Source: Salpingoeca rosetta (Eukaryota > Protista > Choanoflagellata). Taken from it: a DNA stretch of 64,000 bases. Position 1 is the stretch's first letter, and every line of letters starts with the position of its first letter. The stretch lies in contig JAWQFM010000025.1 of the NCBI GenBank assembly GCA_033442325.1, forward strand, positions 33,425-97,424. The letters are read 5' to 3'. A program made the translations under genes and the position numbers. The notes under the pieces are model-generated. The model was given only the letters and a program-made list of their open reading frames with translations, ran no database searches and was not told the origin of the DNA. Below, piece after piece: positions 14,441-26,389 of the stretch.

Positions 14441-16993
14441 CTTTGGTTGCACGGGTGCACACGCAATCCCACCCATCACACACACCAACTGCTGGAGCCT
14501 CTCACGCACGCACGCACACACGCGCACGCACGCACGCACACACGCGCACGCACGCACGCTTGCGATTACACGTGGACGCCGCATTGCCCCACCAGGACAT
14601 CCACAGCAGGCATCATCATTGCACTTGATCGAGTGCTGTCAGCACTTGCCACCTTCACCTCCCACATCTTCATCATCATCCCAGCACTGCTGCAACCACC
14701 ACCACCAACGACAGCAAACTGCTCAAGGTATCGGATGCAGTTGACTCTTAGACCACCACGGCGTTGTTGGAAATGACCCTAACCCGGCGGCAGTGGTGGT
14801 GGTGGTTGTGGTAGTGCACGCCATGGTAACAGCACCGACAGCTGATGTGGTGGTGGTGGTGGTGGTGGTGTTTGCATTCCTCGCTGGTTCCAGCAACAGC
14901 AAGGAGGTGGCCATCGTGATTCTGGTGGGCACGCATGTGCTGGCTGTTGTTGGTGTCATGACTGGCAACAGCAGTTGTTGCGATGGGCGGAAACAGCGAT
15001 GAAGAAGGAGGTGCATGTATGTGGGGTGCATGGCACGCAGTCACCCTTCCTTTCTGTGTGGTTGGCTGTGCAATTGGAGTGTGCGCACACCGATGACGGC
15101 CATGTCGTGACGGCTGCCAATCAAATCACTTCCCACCTGAGAAACCACCGCATCTTGGCTGGTGCACGCGTGCGCCTCTTTCTTCCATCAGGCCGGCCAT
15201 CGACAGAGCAGCGTTGCAGTGTGTCATGCGGTGTTTGATGATGTGTCACTGTTGTTGCCATTGCGTTGGCTGTTTGTTCACATGCACGCCGTGCATACTC
15301 AATTTCCTTCCCTCCTCCCTGCCTTCCTTTCTTCTTGCTGTTCTCTGCTCTGCCACTCTCCCTTGTCAGTGTTGTGTGTTTGGTTGCTGGTTGCCGTGTT
15401 GTGGTGGTTCCACTTTGCTTGTTCAATCGTTTCCCAACAGTACAGTGGGACAGAGCCAAGACATGAAGAAACGACAGCAACCCTCACACGGGCACACACG
15501 CAACACCAACACGCACATCCAAGCAAGAGAGGAAAGCAGAAACAGAACACAACACAGCTCAAGACAACAGCCACATGGCATGGTGCCACTTGCAGTGCAG
15601 CCAAACAACCAAGTACAAGGCGGTCTGCACCAACAACAACAACAAGGGCGCAGTCATCCACCATCCCTGTCAAACTCGTCACACACGCAATGTGTGTCAA
15701 GGGAGGCAACCACTGCAGGGGCAAAGAAGACACACAAAGCGGGTCAGTCCACGGCGCTATTGTTGTTGTTGCTGTACTTGAACGCCTCGCACCAGTGCTT
15801 CAAGCACGTCCCTCCAGTGTCAGCTGCACTTGGTTGCCATCGTTGTCAGCTGGTGGTGCTGTTGTCGTGTGCACCGTGTCTCGCGGATGACCTGTGTGAT
15901 GAAGCAGCACGCATCCAGCACCACCACGACGGTGTCAGAGGGAAAGAAGTCGACGCTGCCGCGCACATCCATCAAGCTTGCTTGTGTGGTTCACAACACA
16001 AATCCACGCACGTGCAAGGCAGTATCAGCAAGAGTGAGTGAGGGAGGTGTGTGTGTGGGTGTGGGTGTGCATCACAGCAGGTGAAGTGGAGAACGCGCAT
16101 GAAGGAGCTGCCAGCAAGTCATCACATGGAAGCAAACCATCATCAGCCGCAACACACACGCGTGGATTCACTCACAAGCAAGGATGCCGCTGCCACTTGC
16201 CACTGCCATGGCCTCCTCATGCATCGACGATGCCGTCGCCAGCCAGTCCGCTAGCCATCCAGCTATCAGTCAGGAAGGGAGTGTCCAACATCGTGTGGGG
16301 GCAGCAGGCCAAGGAGGATCTTGCACGGTTCTTCTCGTGTGCTTCACACCACCACTTCCTCCTCCTTGTCACTCTCATCCCATGCTGGTGCTGGTGCTGC
16401 TGTGTTGGCGAGCAAAGAGGGGGAGATGGTCATTCCTTCTGGTTGCCACCACGTCGGCGAGCGTAGCCACTGCCGCTGATCCATGCATGGAGTGCAATGG
16501 TGGCTGATGGTTGGTTGGTTGAGTGTGGTTGGTTGAGTGAGATGAAGGAAGGATGGAACACGGGCTGAGGTGGAGGAAGGAGGAAGGAAGGAAGGGAAAT
16601 GGTGCTGTGGGTGGTGGAGGTAGCAAGAAGCAAGAACAAGGGAAAAACAAACAAAGGAGAAGGACAGCTGGCTGGCTGCTTTGTGGAGGAAGATATGCAC
16701 ACTTCTGCACGTGGCACGGAGCAGCAGCACTCTCACCAGAGCAGAGAAGAGAGAGGAGGGGAGAGGGGAGAGGAGAGAAGCAGAAGAGAAGGGAAGAAGC
16801 ACCAAGCACTGCAAGAAGCAGGCGTCTGTGTGGGTTGTTTGGTTTGTGGTGTGTCCTCTCCAACTCCATTTCTGCGTCGTTCCAGTCACAACCCACAGCA
16901 GAGGTCACAGCACCCCAGCCAAACAAGCAACAAGCAAGCAACAGAAGAGAGCAGAGAGGGAGGAGGAGAACAGACAAGGAGGAGACAGGGCAG

Positions 16994-19900
16994 ATGGGTG
17001 ACACCCACAGCAAGGCAGAGGGAGAGGAGAGGGCGAGGGAGGAGGTGGAGGCCTTGCTGGCACAGACGAAGCTGAGGGGTGAGGTGAAGGACAAGATCAG
17101 GGCCATCGCCAACAACACGGGTGGGGATAAAGTGAGGTGAGTGCATTACCAGAACGCCACATTGCCCTGTTGGAGTACAAAGCGCACTCTGCATGTACCG
17201 CTCTCTGCTTGCCTTGCTGCTGAGGGTTTTTGTGTGGCGCAACCACGATAGCCATGGTGGTCTGTGACTTGTTTGCCTGCTTGTCTCTTGTTCTTGGCGC
17301 ACATTGAATGGCAGCTTTTGGCGGGATCGCCTCGGCGTCAGTGGGGCGAAGGCATTGGCAGAGGCGCTCAAGGACAACACCTGTCTCAGAGTGCTCAAGT
17401 TCGTACCGTGGTGATTGAGCTGCGCGTGGCATGCAGTTCTGGTGGGGCTGCTTCATGCTGGTTGTTGGCCGCCCCCTTCTCCTCTTTGCGTGCTCGTGGC
17501 ATGTGTTTTAACCGCCCCCTTTCGGTCTTGGCAGCCTGTGGGACAACGTCATCGGTAATGAGGGCACTGTGGCGTTGGCAAAGATGCTGAAGCACAACAC
17601 GACCTTGACATCACTCGAGTGAGTGTGGACACATGCATGTGTGGATGGAAATGGGCTGCGTCACTGTCGTTGTGTAATGCCCTGTGATTCGCGAATGCCC
17701 GTGTATGGGGGTGGGTTCAAGGACAATGCTTCCACCCACCCACAGCCACGCACATGCACTCACCCTTCCTTGTCCATGTGGCATCATCGCCTTGTGTGGC
17801 ATCATACCATTTTGACAGCCTGAAAAGCAGCCGCATCGGTCCTGTGGGCGCTGTGGCGTTGGCAAAGATGCTGAAGCACAACACGACCATGGCAACACTC
17901 ATGTGAGTGTGGACACATGCATGTGTGGATGGAAATGGGCTGCGTCACTGCCGTTGCACAATGCCCTGTGTTGTGGGTGTGGGAATGTGCGTGTGTGGTA
18001 GGTTGGGTTGGACGACTGTGTTACCGCCCACAACCACGCACACGCTCTCATTCCCTCTTCCTCACCCATGTGACAACATCACCCTGCGTGGCATCATCCC
18101 TTCTCGACAGCCTGGACAACAATGATATCGGTTCTGAGGGTGCTGTGGCGTTGGCAAAGATGCTGAAGCACAACACGACCATGGCAACACTCATGTGAGT
18201 GTGGACACATGCATGTGTGGATGGAAATGGGCTGCGTCACTGTCGTTGTGTAATGCCCTATGATTCACGAATGCCCGTGTATGGGGGTGGGTTCAAGGAC
18301 AATGCTTCCACCCACCCACAGCCACGCACGTGCACTCACCCTTCCTTGTCCATGTGGCATCATCGCCCTGTGTGGCATCATACCATTTTGACAGCCTGAA
18401 AAGCAGCCGCATCGGTCCTGTGGGCGCTGTGGCGTTGGCAAAGACACTGCAGCACAACACGACCATAACATCACTCGAGTGAGTGTGGACACATGCATGT
18501 GTGGATGGAAATGGGCTGCGTCACTATGATTCGCGAATGCCCGTGTATGGGGGTGGGTTCGAGGACAATGCTTCCACCCACCCACAGCCACGCACATGCA
18601 CTCACCCTTCCTTGTCCATGTGGCATCATCGCCTTGTGTGGCATCATACCATTTTGACAGCCTGAAAAGCAACCGCATCGGTCCTGGGGGTGCTGTGGCG
18701 TTGGCAAAGATGCTGAAGCACAACACGGCCATGACGACACTCATGTGAGTGTGGACACATGCATGTATGGATGGAAATGGGCTGCCTCACGTTGCACGTT
18801 AATGGCGTGCCGTGGGTGTGCGAATACACATGCGTGGTGGGGTGGGTTCAAGGACAATGCTTCCATCCACCCACAGCCACGTACACGCACTCACTCACTC
18901 TTCCTCACCCATGTGGCATCATCGCCCTGCGTGGCATCATCCCTTCTCGACAGCCTGGACAACAATGATATCGGTTCTGAGGGTGCTGTGGCGTTGGCAA
19001 AGATGCTGAAGCACAACACGACCTTGACATCACTCGAGTGAGTGTGGACACGTGCATGTGTGGATGGAAATGGGCTGCGTCACTGTCGTTGTGTAATGCC
19101 CTGTGATTCGCGAATGCCCGTGTATGGGGGTGGGTTCAAGGACAATGCTTCCACCCACCCACAGCCACGCACATGCACTCACCCTTCCTTGTCCATGTGG
19201 CATCATCGCCTTGTGTGGCATCGTACCATTTTGACAGCCTGAAAAGCAGCCGCATCGGTCCTGTGGGCGCTGTGGCGTTGGCAAAGATGCTGAAGCACAA
19301 CACGGCCATGACGACACTCGAGTGAGTGTGAACACACATGCACATATGGATGGGAATGCGCTACTTCGCTACCGTTGCACCTTGTCACGTGTTGTGGGTG
19401 TGCGAATGCACATGTGTGGTTGGTGATCTCAACGACAATGCTTCCATCCACCCACAGCCACGTACACGCACTCACTCACTCTTCCTCACCCATGTGGCAT
19501 CATCGCCCTGCGTGGCATCATCCCTTCTCGACAGCCTGGACAACAATGATATCGGTTCTGAGGGTGCTGTGGCGTTGGCAAAGATGCTGAAGCACAACAC
19601 GACCATAACATCACTCGAGTGAGTGTGGACACATGCATGTGGATGGAAATGGGCTGCGTTTCTGCAATTGCACTTTTATCCCGTGCTGTGATGTGTGTGT
19701 GCGCATGCATGTGTGTGGTGGGGTGGGTTCAACGACTGTGTTGCCACCCACAGCGATCATCACGCACTCGCGCACTCTTCCTCGCCCATGTGGCATCATC
19801 GCCCTGTGTGGCATCATGCCATCTTGACAGGCTGTACAACAACAATATCGGCAATAAGGGCGCTGTGGCGTTGGCAAAGATGCTGAAGCACAACACGACC

Positions 19901-22900
19901 ATGACAACGCTCAAGTACCTTAAGTACGCGTATGTGGGCACATGCATAACAATCGATAGAGAGGGAAAATGCGCGGCGTCACTGCCGTGCTATCATTGCT
20001 GCCGTCCGGACATGTTGCAAACAAGTAGGGCGTATTCCTACTAACTCAAAGCTATCCTGTTCTTCCTGTTGCCAACTTACCTGTTGTTCCATCTCATCTA
20101 ACAGCGTTTCCCACAATCATATCACGGAGCCTGGCATGGTGAATGTGCTGAAGCAGCTGCAAGGCATGGATGCCCAAGCCAAGATTCGGTGAGGTCTCGT
20201 GTGCTTGCGACCTTGCTCCACCCACACGTACCAGCTCAACTTCAGGCGACGCTCTTTCATCTCACATTCCCTCTTTACCGCATCACAGGCTGTTCGAGTT
20301 CAAGCTCGAGTCCTCCACCTCCGTCGCCCGCACACTGGCCACGCTCCGCACCAAGCGCCCGGACATCAACGTCGTGTTCAGCAAGTGGTGAGTTCTCACA
20401 GCAGTAGAGTGGAGTGACAGGCTTGTTCTTACTTTAAAACCCCTCCCCACCCCATCTTCTTTCCACCCTTCACGCTGCAGCCTTCTTCTCCTCAGGTATT
20501 TCGAAACAGAGGACGAGTTCGACTCTTCCGCCAAAGCTGCCTACCAAGACCAGCTCGATCTCCTGAAGCTGCTTGAGACAGGCTCCGTTCCTCTGGAGAC
20601 AGCAAAAGTGTTTGTGTGCGGCGATTACGGCATCGGCAAGACGACGATGATCAAGTCGCTGGACAGTGATGATCATGAACCCCAAAGTCAGGCAGAGCAG
20701 CCACCCAACGACCCAGATCGGCCGGATGAGCGCACACCTGGCATCCGCGTGTGTGACATGAAGCTTCAAGACACCACAAGCCAAGGCAACGAAGGTGGCA
20801 ACGCTGCATCTCTTCGCGTGTACGATTTCGGCGGGCAGCTCGCATATAACGCCATCCACACGCTGATGATGTCGGACCGCTTCGCTGCCTTTGTCGTCTG
20901 CGTCGACCTCTCCCAACCAGAACAGCACGTGAAGGATCGCGCCAGCTACTGGCTGCAGTTCATCTGCACGCGACTGAAGCAGGGCATTGCGGCTGCCACA
21001 GCAACGGCAGGCGTTGATGCCATGGAAGAGGTGAAGCCGCGCGTCGTCATCGTGGGCACCAAAAGGGATATTGCTCGCAAGATAGGGCTTGTTGGAGCAC
21101 ATTGGCAGCCCACTTGGAGCACAGCGATGATCGCATACCTGCAGCACACCTTCGGCCACATCATCGACATCCAAGACAGCCTCATATCTCTCAACTGCCA
21201 TCAGGGAGGGGATGCGGGCTTTGATCAGCTGCAAGCCCACTTGGTCCAGCACTGGCGGTGGCTGAAATCACTCGAGATGCTGGTGCCAAAGGTGGTGGGG
21301 ATTGTTGGCCCGAGCATTGAGTCCGCTCGGCAACAACACCCAAGTTGGACGGTGTCTGAACTCCTGGAGTACATCCGACGCAGTAGCAGTGATGAATTCG
21401 CCCCCACGTCTGCATTGGACGAAGGCGTATTCCATCGCATTCTCAGGTGCGGTTGTCTGGCGGAGAGTGAGGGAGGACTTGTTGCCTGCTTCAGCCTCGA
21501 TGTGTTCCTTTGACTGCGTTGTTCGCTGCACCTCACACTCAAGCACATTCCTTGTTCACAGATACCTCCACTCCCGCGGTGATCTTCTCTGGTACTCTAA
21601 TACGCCATCTTTGGCCAACCACGTCTTCGTTTCCCCAAACTGGCTCTTGCACGATGTGATGGGCAAGGCGTTGCAGCCAGAGGGCGTGGCTTGTGGAGGC
21701 CTCCGACCAGAGAACGGGGTTGTCACCTTCAGTGATATCGAAGCATCTTTCCGCGGCATCGCCAGCGCTGACCTCGTCATCAACGTGCTGCAACACGCCC
21801 TCCTTTGCTTTGAGCTGCCACCTGCTGACGATGGCCAACGACGATTCATGCTGCCGAGTCGCGTGGAGCGCTTGGTTGGCGTTGGTGACGCCTGGCCACA
21901 TGACGAGTGGCCTCTTTATGCCGGGCGGCGCATGGTGGTTGAGGACGAAGCATTGGCTCTTTGGCGCTCCCGCCTGGGTTCTTCCCGCACGTGCAAACAC
22001 GACTCCACGAGTCGTTTGGAACTACACTGCAAGTGTGGCAAAACGCCTTCTTCTGCCAGCGCGATGGCGTGCAATGCCTTGGGCTGCTCCGAGGCGGCCG
22101 TGAAGTTGACGTGTGGGTCCGAGCACTCGCTGGCGCCGAGTGCAACGCCTGGAGCTGCATGACGCAGGTGAGGACTCGTGAAAACTTATGAGCGTGGGTG
22201 CCATGTTCCTGTGTCTTTGTGGATTGATGCCTTTGCCGAACACAGCTGCTTGAACCATTAGCCATCTGGTGTACTCATCCACTTGCTTGTTTCTTGTTTG
22301 TTCTCCTGCCATGCCGCCGCAGGTCTTCGATTTGCTGCAGGAAGAGGCGCATGGCATCGACCACGTAATCCTTGTGCTCAGTGCCAATCACTTGAAGCAG
22401 CACAAGCAGTATCCAGCCGGGTATGACATTACTTCGCTCCACAACAAGCGTGCGAGCGATATTGTGACGTCCACCCACCACAGACCAGGCTGCTCCGTCA
22501 TGGAACGTGTTGGGGATCTGCTTGTGCACAATCCCGTCCTGACAGCACCCTGGCACCAATCTGGCCACGAGTGGCACCATGCTGCCTGGCGGCTCGACGA
22601 CAGCTTTGACCGCCAGTTGCAGTGGACTGGGCCTGGCAATCATGACGTGTACTCTGCGCCACTGCCAGCCGACACCGACTTGTATCGGTGGATAGAGAAC
22701 CAGATGGGACTGGGCCTCACCCTGTCACGCGTGGAGGTGACCAAGTCCACCACAATGCTGCGGGCGTTCAAAGCGCAAGTGGAGCGGTCGGCGACGCGCC
22801 GTGGCAGTGCAAACCCGTCCAACCCCTTCAACAAGGACTTTGGGGCTGGTGATCCGGACAAGCGCGCCATGCTCGACCGACTTAAGACGCAGTTTGCAGA

Positions 22901-23459
22901 AACACCCGGTGACGTGAACCACGTCAGCGTGCTGATTGGTTTCCACGGGTGTGCTGAAGACGTGGCTGACAACATCACGGCCACGGGCACCACCAACCTC
23001 AGCAGTCCAGAGGATCCAGGTTTCTTCGGCGCTGGTATCTACCTCACACCGCAAGCTAACTATGCTGCCGGGTACTCGACACGCCTGCTCACTGGCCACT
23101 GGCGTGCACCCAACACAGACGGGGAGCACTTGATGCTCCTCTGCGCTGTCAGTGTCGGCCTGGCGTACCCCGTCACCAGGAGGGCGGACTACACTGGGAA
23201 GATGCCGCCCCTCTGGGACGCCACAAACAACATGCTCATCCCAACATGTGATTTCTTTGGTAAGCCCTTGCACAGAGGATGCGACACCCACTATGCGCAG
23301 GTGACGAAAAGCATGCATTACCAAGCCACCCCCACACCTGGCACCCTTGGCTTTGAGGAGTACGTCGTGTCGCAGGAGGCACAGGTCCTCCCGTTTGCCA
23401 AGGTGTTTGTGAATGTTGACATGAACGCGTATTTGTCGCACTTGTCGACCCTGCCATGA
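16994..23459 (+). CDS. LRR-ROC-COR (Roco) protein with C-terminal PARP-like ADP-ribosyltransferase domain; one apparent frameshift at ~21953-21960
   Basis: Exons: 16994-17136, 17315-17398, 17535-17618, 17819-17902, 18111-18194, 18395-18478, 18661-18744, 18954-19037, 19238-19321, 19535-19618, 19831-19914 (or 19923), 20105-20188, 20289-20387, 20496-21446, 21562-22167, 22323-23459; splice phases are consistent. 28-aa RI-type LRRs. ROC motifs GDYGIGKTT, ERTPGI, DFGGQ, TKRD. COR-like YLHSRGDLLWY...VFVSPNWL...LPPGFFP. ART motifs FHG, GFFGAGIYLT, EEYVV. Confidence 0.85.
17535..19914 (+). repeat. Tandem array of ~266-297-nt intron+exon units, each encoding one LRR
   Basis: Nine 84-nt exons share the core CTGTGGCGTTGGCAAAGATGCTGAAGCACAACACG (one variant). 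They are separated by homologous phase-2 introns of 200, 208, 200, 182, 209, 200, 213 and 212 nt, each beginning GTGAGTGTG. Confidence 0.95.
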
Positions 23460-23772
23460 ACACAAGAGTGTAGATGTTCACAAGTGTGCCTGTTGTGTTG
23501 ACAGCTTTTGTTTTGGCCGATTGTGTTTTGTGTGCTTTGTGTTTTGTGTGTGTGTGTGTGTTTGTTTGCGTGTATGTGTGTGTGTGAGCGTGTGTATTTG
23601 TGCGTGCTTTTCAAGTTGGCTTTGTTCTTTTTCAATCGTTCCTTCCTGCTTAGCGCCTTATCTCAGCCAATCATACAGTTCTCTCCCGTGACACAGACTG
23701 AGGAAACGGTTGTCCTGTTACAAGTGAAACGTTCATTCGCATCAAGTCCACGATTGAGTGAAAAAGCGACTC

Positions 23773-23957
23773 GACACAACACAACACCACACAACACAAC
23801 ACAACACAACACAACACAACACAACACAACACAACACAACACAACACAACACAACAATACACAACACAACACAACACAACACAACACAACACAACAATAC
23901 ACAACACACCACACCACACCACACCACACCACAACACAACACAACACAACACAACAC
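23773..23957 (+). repeat. (CACAA)n pentanucleotide microsatellite
   Basis: Direct inspection; lies between the convergent Roco and monooxygenase genes. Confidence 0.95.
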
Positions 23958-24017
23958 ACGGTAACTCGCAGCGCGCAACCCCTCCCCCTTGCTTGAATCC
24001 CCCCCCCCTTCCTCGAA

Positions 24018-25394
24018 TCAAGCGAGAGCGCGGACCAGGCGCCACACCCCACATGCAACACCGGCCACAAGCGCAGCGAGTGTTGTGGTAGCTGTGACGG
24101 CAGAGACGCGCGGGTGGACGACGGCGAAACGGAAGACCGCAAACGTTGTATCGCGCAGGAAGAGGCCGGTCTTGGACGTGGTGTGGAGCACCTGGATGGT
24201 ACTGCGTTGTCGCTGCACAACCTTGTTCCACTTCGGAGCTGTTTGCTCGAAGAACTGCAGCAGGACGCATGGTATGTCGTGTGGCACTCCAAAACCTTCG
24301 TGTGGTGTGAGTGCATCCGAGAGCATGTCTGCGAGCTGAACGGCGTCAACCAGTGCCATGTTGGCACCGGCTCCAGCAAACGGGCTGACGGGGTGGCTTG
24401 CATCGCCTATGAAGACAACGCGGCCTTGCGGGGGGATGCACATGCCGTCGCGACACGTGATCACACTTGCGGAAGGTGCAAGCAGCGCCTTGGCGATCAG
24501 CGGCTGCAGCTCATCACCGTACTCCGTCGCAGCGTCCAGTGCACGGGCCAGGAGCGCCTTGTCATGTTGCAGGGCGTCGCGTCGACACCTCGTGGTGTGT
24601 GAAGTGGGGAGAGCAAGGCCGACCAAGACGCGGTTGTTGCCCTCATCAGCAATAAACACGGACGTGCCTCTGCGGCCGCACACGCTGCCATGTCTGCGGC
24701 GAAGCGCAGAAGGGAGGGCTGCATCGGTGTCATCAACGTCCACCGTGGCACCAACAATGATGGTGTCGAGGAAGTTCGGTGTCCAGGTCGGCACAAGGAT
24801 ACGACGCACCACAGAACCCACGCCATCTGCCGCCACAAGCACGTCACCTCGAAGTATTGGGCCATCCGCCAACGTTACCTCCACACAATGCTGTGTGGTT
24901 GATGTCACGCCACTCTCGCCGCGGTGGTCCTTGAGATCAATCTGTTGTAATCCGGTCACCTCTGCACCAAACCGCACGTCTGCGCCGAGTGCTTGAGCTC
25001 GCTTTAGCAGCGCTTGCCAGAGGACGAATCGGTTGATGCGGATGCCACCACCTGCGTTGCTGAACACCTCATCCGAAGCAAGCACCTTGCGCACTTGCCG
25101 GTCCACCACCTCAGCCACAATGAAGCCCTGTGAGCCTGTTGCTGACGCACGCAATTCCTCCTCCTGCCCAAGGCGTGCGACCGCACGGATACCACCCACA
25201 TCTGCGCGCAACGACAGCGAGTGGCTCAGTTGTGTCTTCATTGCCTCTGCGGATGATGCCCGCTCCAACACTACCACCCGTGTGCCGTGTGCCTCCTGAT
25301 GGGTGTTCTGTGTGCTCTTTTCTTCAAGAAGCGTGCAGGCAAACGCGAGGCCGCCGATGCCACCCCCAGCGACAAGGATCGTGACCATGGTCAT
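24018..25394 (-). CDS. FAD-dependent monooxygenase (UbiH/salicylate hydroxylase/TetX-like), intronless, 458 aa
   Basis: ILVAGGGIGGLA (GxGxxG), DVLVAADGVGSVVRR (DG motif), FIGDASHPVSPFAGAGANMALVDA (GD motif); hydrophobic C-terminal tail. Confidence 0.92.
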   Translation of the reverse strand: MTMVTILVAGGGIGGLAFACTLLEEKSTQNTHQEAHGTRVVVLERASSAEAMKTQLSHSLSLRADVGGIRAVARLGQEEELRASATGSQGFIVAEVVDRQVRKVLASDEVFSNAGGGIRINRFVLWQALLKRAQALGADVRFGAEVTGLQQIDLKDHRGESGVTSTTQHCVEVTLADGPILRGDVLVAADGVGSVVRRILVPTWTPNFLDTIIVGATVDVDDTDAALPSALRRRHGSVCGRRGTSVFIADEGNNRVLVGLALPTSHTTRCRRDALQHDKALLARALDAATEYGDELQPLIAKALLAPSASVITCRDGMCIPPQGRVVFIGDASHPVSPFAGAGANMALVDAVQLADMLSDALTPHEGFGVPHDIPCVLLQFFEQTAPKWNKVVQRQRSTIQVLHTTSKTGLFLRDTTFAVFRFAVVHPRVSAVTATTTLAALVAGVACGVWRLVRALA

Positions 25395-25689
25395 GAGCGT
25401 CGACGGTTGTCTGTTGTTTGTCTTGCTTGCTGGCTGACTCGCCTGCCTTACTCTCCCTTGCTGCTTGGTTGGAGGGAGGGAGGGCCAGTTGCTTGACTGC
25501 TTGCAGGGAGTTGCACTGTGGTCCTATCTAATATGGTCTGCTGGTGTTGCTCGTCGTCTTCGCTGGCGAAACTGCAGAAAATTAGTTGAAATTGTTCACA
25601 AATTCTCCACAGTGGAGTTGCCAAGGCCGACACCAAGCGAGCGAGAGAGTGAGACAACAGACAACAAAAGCACACCGCACACCGCACAC

Positions 25690-25907
25690 ATGTCGCACTA
25701 CAGCTCACCGTCCCGACAAGGGGCGGAGTCTGCGTCCAATCCATTCACAGCCACGTCCGAGGATGACATTGAATCTTACAGGCAACGCATGGTGGAGGAG
25801 AAGCACCTGGTATGTTGATGTTCGTGAGTGTTTGCGTGTGTGTGTGTTTGCGTGACTGTTGGTGTGTACTTGTGTTTCATGTGTGTGTGTTTGCGTGTGC
25901 GTTTGTT

Positions 25908-25947
<40 letters not shown>

Positions 25948-25963
25948 ACACACACACACACAT

Positions 25964-26023
<60 letters not shown>

Positions 26024-26348
26024 ACACGCACACACACACTCTCCACCTCTCCCCCTCACGATGATCAAATTACCACAACAGGAGCGGGAGCGGCAGAAGC
26101 AGCTGCCGTTGCATCAGAGAGGAAAAGCCGTGTTGCGACACCCGCGCCTGGCGCTGCGGGAAGAGCTGGACAACGATGACGATGACGACGACGGCCCGCA
26201 GTCCCTCAAGGATTTGTCAGAGCAGCGCCGCAAGGACCGCCTCGGCGAAGCATTGGATCAGCTCGCCATCACCACCAGAGGTTTGTCCTTTGTGTGCGTG
26301 TGTGTGTGTGTGCGTGCGTGTGCGCATGTTTGTTTGTGTGCGTGCGTG

Positions 26349-26389
<41 letters not shown>

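Noticed and set aside
14450-16400. Possible further degraded minus-strand exons
   Set aside because: Coding-like patches with stops but no family I can recognise; not supportable.
17535-19914. CRISPR-like appearance of a conserved ~35-nt repeat with regular spacing
   Set aside because: Repeats are LRR-coding exon cores, the spacers are homologous spliceosomal introns, and there are no cas genes.
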